Below, piece after piece: positions 12,755 to 28,350 of a stretch of DNA of 64,000 nucleotides. Numbering within the stretch: position 1 is the stretch's first letter; every line of letters starts with the position of its first letter. The stretch comes from Octopus vulgaris (lineage: Eukaryota): the NCBI GenBank assembly GCA_951406725.2, contig OX597826.1, forward strand, positions 20,646,001 through 20,710,000. The letters run 5' to 3'. A program made the position numbers and the translations under genes. Under the pieces are notes generated by a model. The model was not told the DNA's origin. It ran no database searches and worked only from the letters and a program-made list of their open reading frames with translations.

Positions 12755-14425
12755 ACTTCTTTCTTTCTTCTTCTCACACGCAAACCGTCTCCATATATTT
12801 CTATCTCGCATCTATTATTTCCCTCACTTTTATCGCCATCAATTCACTTTCTTTTCTCTCTTCTTTATTCATCCATTTAGCAATTGCTTTCCAAATACCG
12901 CCTCCCCTTCCTCCTACTCCTATTCCTCTATCCTCACCCCCTGGTCATCGCATCCTTCATATCTCAACAGTTCTATATCTCTGATTGTGCTTCTCCCCCT
13001 CTCTTTGTCATTGTCTATCTTTCTCATTGTGACCTTCCTCTCTGTCTTTCTTAATCTTTAACTCCCATCCCCTCTCTTTATGTCATTCTTAATCTCTAAC
13101 TTCCTCTCTTGCCTCCCTCTCTTTGTCTTTCTCGTTCTTTAACTTTCTCTCTGCCTCTCTCTTTCTCTCTCACTCTCTCTCATGGCTTTATAACACTTGA
13201 AAAACTTCCTCCTTCTCTCCCTCTCTTTGTATCTTTTTCTCTTTCCCTATCTTCTTCTTCTTCCCTCCATCCCCGTCTGTGTGTGCTTGTGCGTATGTTT
13301 GTCCCTCTCCCCTCTCTCTCTCTCACTATCTCCTTACCTCTGCCTATCACCGTCCCCCCCCCCCCCAGCACCAGCCAACCAGCCAGCAAGCCAGTCAGCC
13401 GGGCAGGCTGCAGGCCAAGTGCGAAGCCAGCAGTAAACCAAACAACAATCGTTATTCCAACAGTCCCAACTGAGAGAAAATGGTGAAAGGAGACGCTTCA
13501 AACTAAACAACAACAAGAACAGACGACGACGACGACAACAACAACAACAACAACAACAAGAGACGAGGAAAAAAATACGAGAAAGAAAGAAGAACGAGTG
13601 AACGAGAAGAAGCGGAAAGAAATAATAACGATGAGTTACAAAAGATAGGAAACAGAAATGAATGAAGATTAAGAACTCGAGGGACACACACACACACATA
13701 CACACACACACATACACACACGCACACATACACGCATGGGCACATGCATAAATACACACGTTTGTAAATATGTATATATATATAAATAGATATTTATATA
13801 CATAGAGCTACAGATACCTATATGTATATAGTGTATATATAGCTATAAATATATATATATATATATAAATAATATATATATGTGTGTGTGTGTGCATACA
13901 GAGATATATAAATATCTGATATGTATAACGTCTAACGAATGTATATAGATTGATAATCAGTTATGTACAATAACCGCGGTGTTGTATAAACAGTGTGGAG
14001 TGAGGAATCGCAAATCGGTGGTGAAAGAAGAGGGGAAAAAAGGGAACGAAAAAGGAATAAAAGAAAAAAATTAAGGAGAGATAATATTACAAAGAGAGGA
14101 GGAAGAAGAAAAAGAAGAAGAAGGAAAGGTTAAAGCAACGATAAAAGTTTGTTTGAGTGGAGCCAAGAAGATAAACAAAAAAGTTGGAGAGTTTAACGTT
14201 GATATAACAATTTGGAGTGTGTGTGCGCGTGTGTGAGTGTGTGTGTGTGAGAGAGAGAGAGGTAAAGGAAGAAAGCCGCTTGACTCAACCAGCCATACAC
14301 ACACACACACATACACTTCTCTCTCTCTCTCTCTCTCCCTGTCTGTCTGTCTGTCTCCGTATGTAGAACAACAAGCACAGCGAAAGTAGCTTCTGCTTCT
14401 TCTTCTTCGACTCTTCAACACTTGC
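12755..14425 (+). promoter_or_regulatory. Putative dac promoter and 5' leader region
   Basis: A roughly 600-nt C/T-rich tract ((CT)n, GAGA-type sites on the other strand) ends in a C-run at about 13354-13366. It switches abruptly to a GC-rich and then A/G-rich segment that leads to the ATG. No SINE copies were recognised here. The TSS is not determinable from sequence. Confidence 0.5.
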
Positions 14426-15573
14426 ATGCTGTACGTTCCTGCGAATGGTCCTTTTGCAATGGAAGTCGTAGTCTCTCCAAGTTCTACAGTCGCCAGTGGT
14501 CCGCACACACATCCACCGCCGCCACCACCTCCACCGCCGCCACCGCCACCTCTGCCATCTTCTTCACTCACATCCTCATCCGTGGTAACATCTATATCAT
14601 CCACATCTTCATCCTTATCCTCACCGTCTTCTTCTTCGTCTTCTTCGTCTTCTTCTTCCTCTTCTTCCTCATCAAACTCCTCTAATTCTTCTTCTGCTGC
14701 CGCCGCTGCCGCCGTTGCCGCCGCCGCCGCTGCCGCTGCCGCCGCCGCCGCCGCTGCCTCCGGCTCCACATCTTCGGCCGCCACCAGTGGTGTCGGGACA
14801 GGTATAGAACTTTTGTCCACAAGTAACCAAGCTACAGTTGCTACTAATGTAACTAGTGTTCTGTCTACATCCACCTCATCATCTTCTCCTTCGTCGTTAT
14901 CATCGCCCGGAGCGGCGGCATCCTTAGTGCAACATCAAAGCCAGGCTTTAAGTGGTGGCCTCAACATAAACGTGCCACCTCAACCGCCGCCAGCACATTT
15001 GTCTCCGTCCCAGCGTAACCAGACGTCAAGTCCATCTTCGGTTATCTTACACGGCCACACTCACCATCACCATAGTATTAACACTCTCACCTCTTCTTCT
15101 GCAAACTCAACTAGTGCGGTGACATCACACCCGCCCAATATGTTGGTCAACAGTGTGGTTACGGCAGTGTCGGCTGCCGCCGCTGCTGCCGCAGCAGCGG
15201 CCGGAGCCACTGGGGTATGTAAGTTGACCAAACCATCAACATACAGTTCCCCACCACCAATTGCTAATAACCCTGAAAACAACGTCTGCAAATTAATTGA
15301 GTACCGTGGTGCAAAGGTAGCGGCTTTTATGGTTAATGGAATCGAACTGATATGCCTACCGCAAGCATTTGACCTGTTCCTCAAACACCTAGTCGGTGGT
15401 TTGCACACTGTTTATACGAAACTGAAACGTCTAGATATCACACCGGTCGTTTGTAATGTTGAGCAAGTAAGAATTCTTCGCGGTTTGGGAGCGATTCAAC
15501 CAGGAGTTAACCGCTGCAAGTTGTTGTCGTGCAAAGAATTTGATATTCTCTATGAGGACTGTACGAATTCCAG
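14426..15573 (+). CDS. dac: Dachshund (DACH family transcription cofactor), first coding exon: poly-Pro/Ser/Ala/His N-terminus plus DD1 (Ski/Sno/Dac) domain
   Basis: The ORF ends KPSTYSSPPPIANNPENNVCKLIEYRGAKVAAFMVNGIELICLPQAFDLFLKHLVGGLHTVYTKLKRLDITPVVCNVEQVRILRGLGAIQPGVNRCKLLSCKEFDILYEDCTNS, which matches the DACH box-N/DD1 consensus. An in-frame TAG at 14387-14389 lies upstream of ATG 14426. An alternative start is ATG 14459 (GCAATGG). The exon ends at donor CAG|GTGAGT (15573/15574), phase 2. Confidence 0.97.
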
Positions 15574-16111
15574 GTGAGTATTGCCGTAAATTTGGCAATG
15601 TCATTTGTATTTCACGTTATTTTCAAAATAGTTTTTCTTCTTTCCTTTTCGTCCATACATGCTGTCTTCAAACTTTCTACGTATTATATTCTAATGAAGT
15701 TGTTAATTGTTGTGAAAGGTGTGCAGACACATGCAAACGCAAACACATGCAAACGTATCTACGGTTGTGTTTATAAATACATTGTATACACATGTACAGA
15801 CATATATATATATATATACATATATACATACATATATGCCTGTATGTGTGAGTGTGTGTGTGTATAGGTGTGTATATATGTGTGTGCGTGTGTATGTTAA
15901 CATAAACACAAAAACATTAACACTATTGCTTTTATGTAAGACGGTTATATATATACATCTACGCATACAGAACTGTAGACATTTGTTTCAATATTAACGC
16001 ATGCAAAAAACATCGACACACAGACATCGTTCATTTTATAAATACATTGTTATAAAAACATGCAACTGTTTAGTTACATAATCTATACATGCATATACAT
16101 GCATTATGTAT

Positions 16112-16146
<35 letters not shown>

Positions 16147-16167
16147 CATACACACACACATATATAC

Positions 16168-16217
<50 letters not shown>

Positions 16218-17101
16218 CCATACATTTATATATATATATTTACATACACAGATATATATATACGAGTATAAATGTTTGTCGACTCTTGCCTTTGAAGACA
16301 TATTCAAATACGTGAAACTGATACCATACACACACATATACACACATACACACATATACACATACACCCATATACACATACACACTTATTTCCGAAAACG
16401 TTTAAAAGTCCGAAACGGTTTTCTCCTAACATGAATTTTAAAAAATAAACAATAAATAAAAACAAGAAAACTGTCCAGGAAAAGATGATGATAATAATAA
16501 TAATAATAACAACAACAACAACAACAATATCATTATTATTGTCGTCATTAAAAAGTGCAAAAGTAATTGCAAATTAAAGCTAATGAATTCTATAATGAAG
16601 GTCGCTGCCCCACCCTGTTTTGGTATGTCTGTCCATACAGCTTATATACAGGTGACACAAGGAGAAAGGTAGGTGTTTGATGGTGAGGGCCACCCAAGTG
16701 ACCCCAATAGTGGTACATACACACACATTGATGCAGTACACCACGTATTTCTATGAACAAACGCAATTTATTGACATCGTGGTAGAGTCACTATATATAA
16801 TAAACAAACATCTGCAATGTTATAAATATTTACATAATGACATATATCTAATGTTAATAAATCTTATTAAAAGATTCTGTACGGTTAACAGTGATATGTT
16901 ATCATTGTTGTTGTTGATATCATCATTATTATTATTACATAAACTCAAACGAACTACAATGACGCCTATTTCAATTGTATTATGATGACTCTATCGCGAT
17001 GAAATAGTTTTTGTTGCGACGCGCAGTCAAAACAGGCATAACACATGAAACACGTATAATATACATTTGTATGTATAAATATATATGTCTGTGTGTATAT
17101 G

Positions 17102-17138
<37 letters not shown>

Positions 17139-17581
17139 ATGCATATATATGTGTAATATGTGTATGTATATGTATATGTGTAAATATATAACAAACACAC
17201 GTACGCATCTGTCCATATATATATATATATAAACAATTTAAAGCGTCTATGTGTAAAATTTGAATGCAGTCAAATAGGAGTCGCATAAATTATGAAAGTT
17301 AATGAAATGACAAATATATATATTCATAAGGACAGATATTTATATGGTTATATTTGTAAATCTGTTATGGTTATATTATATAAATCCTTAAAATCCTTAA
17401 AAATGTTTTAGCCCGAAGGCCGCGGCCATGCTGGGGCACCACCGCTGAAAGGAGAAGATGGGTGAGACTGCGCCAATGGTTGCAAGCTTTACACGAAGTG
17501 ACCACACAGCTAAACTCACACACATATATATATATATATATATACACACAAACACAGGCACACGTGTACATATGTGTATGC

Positions 17582-17652
<71 letters not shown>

Positions 17653-18214
17653 TATATATATGTATATATATACGCACACGTGTGTGTGCGTAATATTATG
17701 TCATCACATTTTTACACGTAGGTATATATATATATATATGTATACATGCGCATCCATGTATATTATATATTAATATTGCGTGCAATTAATTAATAATCAC
17801 ATGTCTATTAAATTGCAAAGTAATAATAAAAACAGCAAATGAAATCTAACAATGCGTACTTTATTTAATTGGTAATTGTACTGAGTCTGCAATGATGTAA
17901 CTGGTTTCATCACCAATCCCAAGAATTCCCAAGAATTCCCACCAACCCATTTGCCAAACAAGTACAAACTATTTTTAACATTTTTCATTTAGTGTTTTAC
18001 ATTTGTACAGATTCTTCAACCTTTATTCTCTCATTCTATCTACCCTTATCTCTACTTCTCCCTCCACTCGTATAATTATTCTACCATCCACCCCGATACC
18101 TTTTTTCTTCATACAAACACATTCCTTAAATGTAAACAGTTAGTTTGTGGATTTGCTAAATTTATTTCAAAACATTTCCCCTCTGTCTCACTCGTTGTGA
18201 ATACATGTACGTAC

Positions 18215-18245
<31 letters not shown>

Positions 18246-18266
18246 TGTATGTATGTATATTCATGG

Positions 18267-18321
<55 letters not shown>

Positions 18322-18340
18322 CACATGTATATATATATAT

Positions 18341-18379
<39 letters not shown>

Positions 18380-18515
18380 TATATTTAATAATATATATAT
18401 ACACTATATGCAATATATGTATGTTGTATTCACATTTTTAATGTATTGGATGTTTATTGTACTTACACAAACATACACAAGTACACTGAGTCACATACAT
18501 ACACACACACATATA

Positions 18516-18597
<82 letters not shown>

Positions 18598-19192
18598 CAT
18601 ATATATATACATAAATACTATATATATACTATATATTGTATGTATACAATGTATGTGTATTTGTGCACACATATACACACATTCATAATACAATATATAA
18701 TAATATATGTAATATATATTGTGTGTATATATATATACATGAATATGATATAAATAATTAATACAATTTTTGTATATATTATAAATACTATAGATAAATA
18801 TAGATAAATATAGATAAATAGATATTTTGTATGCACACACACACACACATATATATATATATGTATATATATATAAATGTGTGTGTGTGTGTGTGTGTTG
18901 TTCGTAATATAATATAATGTATATATTAGATGTGTGTGTGTATGCATGTATATACATATACAGAGATTGATATTTAGATATCGTAGGTGAGAACAGGTAA
19001 CCCTATGTAACACACTAATACAAAATTATTTAAAATAACTTACACGCCCACATGCTCATCCACAGAGTTGTGTGTGCGTGTGTGTATGGGCATGTGTGTG
19101 TGCGTGTGTGGGTGCGTGTGTGTGTGCGTGAGTGTATATTCGTCGGTCAACATATTACATAAAAAATGAGTACGTCAATGTGCAAAATTGGA

Positions 19193-19367
19193 AAGGCGTC
19201 GGGCTGGCAGAAATGTTAGCACGCCGGGCGAAATTCCTCCGAGGTCGACTTTGTCTTTCATCCTTTCGGGGTCGATAAACTAAGTATCAGTTGTGTACTG
19301 GGGCCGATCTAATCGACTGGACCCCTCCCCAAAAATTTCGAGCTTTGTGCCGAGAGTGGAAAAGAAT
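19193..19367 (+). mobile_element. SINE family C, internally deleted
   Basis: AAGGCGTCGGGCTGGCAGAA...GAGGTCGACTTTGTCTTTCATCCTTTCGGGGTCGATAAA. The central block recalls the Meta-type SINE domain (unverified). Confidence 0.82.
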
Positions 19368-19468
19368 GTACAAAATTCGATTTTGTAATATAGTTTGACG
19401 AAAAAAGGCAATTTGTTACATTTTCTCATTCACACTAGCAAATACGCGCACACATACAAAAACGTGGC

Positions 19469-19581
<113 letters not shown>

Positions 19582-19651
19582 TGTATATGTATATATATGT
19601 GTGTATGTGTGTGTACATATATATGTATAGTGCCACATTATATGTATACAA

Positions 19652-19699
<48 letters not shown>

Positions 19700-20293
19700 T
19701 TATGCATGTATATATGTTTATATTTATATAAACATTGCGTACACACGTAATGACAACTCTATATTATGCGTTTATACATACTGCATAAAAACGGTGTTTT
19801 TACTTATACATACATACATACATACATACATACATACATACATACAGACAGACAGACAGACAGACAGACATACGTATACATGTGTGTGTGTGTGTGTGTG
19901 CGTGGGTGGGTATTTGTGTGTCCGTGTGTTGTAAGAACATATTAGTTGATTTTTTTGTAAAGTTCTAAAAACAATTTAACATTAAACTAAAGAATTACTC
20001 AATAATCTTTTGTAGAAAGCATGCTTAATAATATTTTCCAAGAAGGCTGACAGTGACTTCGAAGCTTCCACCTGCCAGGCTTTTTGCATGTGTGGGTGTA
20101 TATATATGTATATGTATATACACACTTATTCTATAGATTTCGTCTCTGATGTGTGCAGTTATTTGAACGACCAAACGATTTGGTAATTCAATATATTCAC
20201 TTGAAGTGGATGAGTCGCCGCATGCCATGTTAACGAAATTGAGAGATGTCAGTGCAAAAAAGCCGGACTTTTTAACGGACAGATACAAATCAT

Positions 20294-20392
20294 ACGACCG
20301 TTGTCTACCCGTTTTCTGTCTACCCTGTTCCCCTGTTCCCCTCACAAGGCGTTGGTTGATCCAAGGTTACGATAAAAAGAACCTTGACAAAT
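20294..20392 (-). mobile_element. SINE family B head, diverged
   Basis: Reverse-complement similarity (TCTGTCTACC...CTCACAAGGCGTTGGT). Confidence 0.5.
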
Positions 20393-20470
20393 ATGGCAAC
20401 CTCGCTAATAGGTACAGAACTTGTTAACTGTTTGACAATGTTGTAGGTATGTACATACTTATATCTGTAC

Positions 20471-20515
<45 letters not shown>

Positions 20516-20872
20516 AATATATATATATTTATATATATGTATATACATATATATATATATGTTTATATATACATAAATATGTATATATATATACATATAA
20601 ATATATGCATATACATATACACATACATACATACATATATATATATATATATGTGTGTGTGTATATATATATACACATATTTATGCATGTATATCTATAT
20701 GTATATATTTATATGCATATATGTGTGTGCATACACACACTCACGCACATACACAGACATATATATACATATATGTAAATGCATATATAGTTGAACTTTA
20801 CAGAAGAACTTTACGAAGGCAGGTGTATACATATATACACGTATACATACATGCATACATACATATATATAT

Positions 20873-21016
<144 letters not shown>

Positions 21017-21332
21017 CATCTATGTATACGGCAAGGTATATTGCTTTCGACGTAACTATATAAAAAGATTGCATTTTGCAATGTTGGAAATCTCAATCCT
21101 GAATCCGTGTATTAATATAACCAAATGGAGTTACTCGTTAATTTGGGAGACTCCTGGACTCTCGCAAGTCCGTCATTATTAACCCACGGTTTTAAAGAGC
21201 CTCACCGTCATCTATACGAAATGTTCCGGTGGGAATCTAAGAACAAAACGAAACCACTCTATGTTTTTTATATTCTTGAATTTTTGATTCCTGAGGGTGA
21301 CTGGGATCCGTCTGACTATCTTGCTATACTGT

Positions 21333-21385
<53 letters not shown>

Positions 21386-21640
21386 GTGAGAGATAGATAG
21401 ATAGAGAGAGAGAGATAGGAGGGGATTAAGGGGATAATTATAATCTTGGCTATTGCCTCATGTATTGTCCTGGTTTGCATAGAAACCCAAAAGGGGATCC
21501 GTACGACTTCGATTGTTATAAAGGAAATATCTAGTAGGCTTAATCCACTCAAAAGCCTATTGGATCTTGCCCTGAAATTTTGTAAGGCTCTCATTAAATC
21601 AATCGAAGTTGTACTGGTCTCCTTTTGATCTTGGATTACT

Positions 21641-21725
<85 letters not shown>

Positions 21726-22698
21726 TATGACTTAGGTCCGAGGCCGGGTCTTACTTAACCCCACCAAGGGAAGTGGTTTGAGCCATCATTTTTGGACACC
21801 ATTGCCCACTCGAAGAAATAAATCTATCCGGGCATCGGTGATTCTTCAGGCATTTCTTTGAGGAAATTCTCAAGTTAGAGTTTAAATGTGATGGGAATGT
21901 TTTATATTTCATTTATTTATTTCTACAGAATATTGAATTAAGTTGGACCAGCTGAGAGGGTTCTAAAAAATAGGGTTTTTGCAATGATATGCATGTGAAA
22001 TGATTGTAGGAGGCATAATGCATAGTGGCTGTATTTTTGTCGATTGATCCAAGGATTCTATAAAAACATTAGAAATAAAATGTTACAAAGAGAAAAGGTC
22101 CGTTGTTGCTTTACAACTTGGACAGATGTTTCAATTTTCGCCTCTACGTAGGAAATACACACACGCGCGCGCGCTTCCCTCCCCATCCCCAAAATATTAT
22201 GTAAACATCTAGAAGAAGAAGAGAAAGCTTCAACGTAATTCACATCTCAGTGAGCAGATGGCTCATTTACTCTTCATCTAGAGGGACAGAAAGTTTGCGT
22301 ATACATATATGCACACAGACAGAGATACATTGTCATGTGTGTGAGTGTATACATGTGCATATACATACACACACATATACATATATATTGTATGCAACAC
22401 AGTTAATTTATATCAACAGGCCCTGGTCCGTTCAGCATTACCCGAAATCAAACAAAAGAAGAAAGAAATCCCATCGCTTTTCTAAAAGATATCAGCGAAA
22501 CCACTTACAGCTGAATACATCGTAGTCACCAACAATTCCCTGTTTGAATGGGCCACGACAGCACAAATTTTGACTTAAGGACGATTCTACAGATGCAGTC
22601 AGGTGGTGTTGTTAAGTTAGAAATGGCCTCCAGGGCCAACTGTAGCCGCAACATATGTCAGTTTATAGATATACTTTACTTTACTTTGTATATGTATT

Positions 22699-22734
<36 letters not shown>

Positions 22735-22735
22735 G

Positions 22736-22793
<58 letters not shown>

Positions 22794-22943
22794 TGTATGT
22801 ATATATGTATAACTTATATGTATGTATATATATATATGTATGTATGTATATATATATATATATCTATCTATTTATATATATATATGTATATATGTATATA
22901 TGTATATATATCTATATATCTATATATATGTATGTGTATATGC

Positions 22944-23001
<58 letters not shown>

Positions 23002-23104
23002 CATATATATTTTATGCGAGTACATATGCTATATATACTTTATATAATTTTAATAGACAAATGCATTATATATGTCATATATATTATACAATTATACATA
23101 TATA

Positions 23105-23153
<49 letters not shown>

Positions 23154-23319
23154 GCACACACGCATGAATACAGGTATAAATATACAAACACACACACTTA
23201 AGAATCCCTATATTAACCTCCTCGTAGTTTTGATAGGACACACACGAGTTTTGTTCTTTCTCCATCTCTGTCATCTCACGGTACATACATACATACATAC
23301 ATACATACATACATGTGTG

Positions 23320-23407
23320 TGTGCGTGTGTGTGGTGTGCGTGTGTGTTGTGTGCGTGTGTGTGGTGTGCGTGTGTGTGGTGTGCGTGTGTGTGGTGTGCG
23401 TGTGTGC
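23320..23407 (+). repeat. 15-nt minisatellite derived from (TG)n
   Basis: (GTGCGTGTGTGTGGT) about 5 copies. Confidence 0.85.
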
Positions 23408-23647
23408 ATATATATATGCATACACAAACTTCGAAGTTACATTCTTGTATAAGAACAATATATTTGTACTTTACAAGAGTATAGAGTGACCAATTACATC
23501 AATGTAAAATTGCATTTATTATAACTGAACACACACACACGTATATATATAGTCACATATATGTATATATATGAATAGATTTGTATAGATATATATGTAT
23601 GTATATTCATACCTATCCTCGTATTATATTAACCTTATAGTCATGTA

Positions 23648-23790
<143 letters not shown>

Positions 23791-23838
23791 CATATATGTA
23801 TATAAAAGTATATGTATATATATATTTATGTAACTACC

Positions 23839-23986
<148 letters not shown>

Positions 23987-24416
23987 TTGCTATACATAGC
24001 TATTCATATATGCGTGCACTCGTGTGTGTGTATATATACATAGTTATATTTATATTTGTCAAGAAAAAATGACCATCGTGAAATATAACAATATATATCT
24101 GTCATATAATCGTAAATATAAATAAATATATTCATATATTTATACATTCGTAAAGGCACATTTACATATATGCATACGTATTACATAAATACATATCTAT
24201 ATAAATACATTTATATAAATGTATATTTATATTTATATACACTGCGTCCGGGTTTGAGTGCATCAGATTATTGAAGACGTCATCTCTTACGTAAACATTC
24301 GCAGAACGTGTGTATTGGAATGTGCATCGCTTGTGTGCTTGCGTGAGTGTATGTTCATGTGCGCCTGTGTGTACACATATTTATATACACATATTTATAC
24401 ATTCATAAATATATAT

Positions 24417-24476
<60 letters not shown>

Positions 24477-24706
24477 TCATATGTGTATATAATGAGTTCA
24501 TATTTTTATGTTTATTTGCATTTTTTAATCTTAAAAATGGTAAAAACCGTTCTTTAGGAACAACGTTACTTTCATGATGAGAAATACAATAATTATTGTG
24601 ATGATGATGATGATGATAGATATCATAATGTCTGAGGTTATTGTTACTGTCACCAATAATAAAAATACACCCTATATGGATATACGTTATCCTAGTATGT
24701 ATGTAA

Positions 24707-24778
<72 letters not shown>

Positions 24779-25399
24779 TGCTCTGTCTGTCACTAGTATT
24801 TCGTTAAAACATTCCATTTTACAGCCAGAAAAATTTTTTTAAATACTTCATACACAAGAAATGATTCCCAGAGTGTGGAATCTTTGGGCGAATGTACAAT
24901 GTTTGTTGGTTGATATTGGGCCTGGGGTAGATGGTTAAAGGAGTGAATCAGATGCTGCTCGTCTCCAAGTAAGTCACTGGGACGAGCAAAGACCAAAGTA
25001 GTAGCGGTAGCAAACATAGGAGGAGACACAACTAATACACATTGTCCAGCAACTGGACTGCAGGGTGAGTGATTTGATGTCTGTCAGTCAAGCATCCGGA
25101 TTTTTAACCAAATTTGAACCTCTTTGAGTCACATTCTTACATACCCAGAAAAAAAAAAACTATTTTATAACACACGTCCGGACAAACACAAATGTATGTC
25201 TGTCTGTCTGTCTGTCTGTCTGTATGTATGTATGTATGTATGTATGTATGTATGTATGTATGTATGTCTGTATGTATGTATGTATGTGTGTATGTATGTA
25301 TGTATGTATGTATGCATGTATGTTTGTCATTATCCGGTTCCATCTCAAGAATTCTTGCCAATAAAGAGCCGATTTATAACCTACATTCAAGGCTCCTCC

Positions 25400-25472
25400 A
25401 TTGGAATTTAAAACAACAACTACAGGGTATTTATGTATAAATTGGAATTTAAAACAACAACTACAGGGTATT

Positions 25473-25480
<8 letters not shown>
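25400..25480 (+). repeat. 41-nt tandem duplication
   Basis: ATTGGAATTTAAAACAACAACTACAGGGTATTTATGTATA at 25400 and 25441. Confidence 0.93.
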
Positions 25481-25526
<46 letters not shown>

Positions 25527-25664
25527 TTTATACATACATATATATATATATATATTCAAGGTGAAATGTAAGCACCTGTATAAGCCAGCTAGTGGCATAG
25601 GTGAGAGGATATATGTATCAAATGTAAAACAGGACCCAAAGGATTTTGCGTCCTGTTTTTCATT

Positions 25665-25700
<36 letters not shown>

Positions 25701-25881
25701 GTGCACATACTCACACACACACATACACATTTTAGATATCTCTCTCCTTCATATGATGTCCCCACATTTTCCTGTCGTTATACCATCTCATTATTATTTA
25801 ATCCCTTAGTAAGCTGTAAATACTGGCGATGCTCTGCAATTTTGAAAATACATACATATAAATGTATACTTATACACACAT

Positions 25882-26116
<235 letters not shown>

Positions 26117-26305
26117 CTATATACACACACACTATATATATGTGTGTGCGTGCGCGCGCGTATATATATATATATATATATATATAGATAGATAGATAGA
26201 TAGATAGATAGGTAGATAGATAGAAACGCGTGAAAAACATGCATAGACATATGAAAATATATATTTATTTATGCATGAATATTTGAAATATATAGGCGTG
26301 TGCAT

Positions 26306-26410
<105 letters not shown>

Positions 26411-26460
26411 ATACATTATATATATATATTATATACATTATATATATATATATTATATAC

Positions 26461-26501
<41 letters not shown>

Positions 26502-26573
26502 GCATATACATATGTACATTTATATATATACATATACACATTTATATATACATATACACATATATATATATAC

Positions 26574-26611
<38 letters not shown>

Positions 26612-26661
26612 TATGTATGCATATGTATACATTAGAAAAAACGTACATTCCTACGTTTGCA

Positions 26662-26710
<49 letters not shown>

Positions 26711-26784
26711 GTATATATATGTATGTATATATAAACATCTATGTATGCATGCGTATATGTATATGCATATATATAGGTTATATG

Positions 26785-26841
<57 letters not shown>

Positions 26842-26865
26842 TTGTTTATATATATTTATCTATAT

Positions 26866-27021
26866 ATGGCTGTGTGATAAGAAGCTTGCTTCCTAACCAC
26901 AGGGTTCCGGGTATCGGTCCAACTGCGTGGCCCCTTGAGCAAGTGTCTTCTGCTATAGCTTCGGGTTGACTAAAGCCTTGTGAGTGGGTTTGGTAGACTA
27001 AAACTGAAAGAAGCTCATCAG

Positions 27022-27090
<69 letters not shown>

Positions 27091-27276
27091 CAGAGAGAGT
27101 GAGAGAGAGAGGAGTCTGTGTCTGACCCCACCAGACTTAGCGGTTCGGCGAAAGTGACCGATAGCGTAAGTACATGGCTTACAAAGAATAAGTCCTGTGG
27201 TCGAGTTGTTCCACTGAAGGTGGTGCTCCAGCACGGCTGCAGTCAAATGACTGGAACATGTAAAAGAATAAAAGAA
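26866..27276 (+). mobile_element. SINE family B, bipartite
   Basis: Head 26866-27020, (TA)(TG)(GA) spacer, tail 27120-27276. Confidence 0.85.
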
Positions 27277-27456
27277 TATATATAACAATAAGAACATATA
27301 TTCTTTATGTCTACATGTTTATATGGTATACGATTAATGATGTGTATATATATATATATATATATAAGACCAACTTATAAACAAGGGCAAAAGAAAAAAA
27401 CTTTCTAATGCTGGCCATTAATAGAATTTTTTTCGAAAGATTTTATCCAATATTAG

Positions 27457-27488
<32 letters not shown>

Positions 27489-28069
27489 ATATATATGTAT
27501 GTATGTATGTATGTATATATATATATATATGTATATACACATATATGTATATCTGTAAGATTGTTATATCTTATATCAGTATATCTATCTATGTATCTAG
27601 GTATCTACACACATACACATACGCACACACAGATGCGCGCGCACGCAGGCTTATAGACATATGCTGTGTTTGCAACTTACAGTAAAGATTAATGTAAATA
27701 GTAGCCAATAATTTAATATACCTTTTCGAAATTGTTTACTGAAAATTTCTTGCCGAGGAAGCAATCATCATATACTTTATCATCACAGAAACGATTTATA
27801 TTCATCTTTCTTTTGAGACATCACCGTCCGTTGATAGAGTTGCATGCAATACAAAGGTAGATACATACATACATACATGCACGTATATATATGTATGTAT
27901 ATATATATTGTTTGCTCTACCGTTCACAAGACTCCGAGTTTGACGATTCTCTACTTTCCCTCTTATAAATCCTATAAAATTAATTCTTATTGAGATCTCT
28001 ATTTTCTTTATATTATTCGTAGGTTTTTGTGTGTGGAGGGGAGGAGTGTACAAAGTCTACAAACACACA

Positions 28070-28101
<32 letters not shown>

Positions 28102-28199
28102 CCTGAACTTCCATTTATGACAGTCTCTTCAATATTTGTCATTGAAAGACCATAATTAAATAAAGATAAATAGTTGTTTGAACTAGATACCGGATAGTT

Positions 28200-28350
<151 letters not shown>

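Noticed and set aside
14071-14874. 267-aa acidic antisense ORF over dac exon 1
   Set aside because: It is the mirror of the Ser/Pro/Ala codon repeats and runs into SSR-derived sequence. No independent coding signal.
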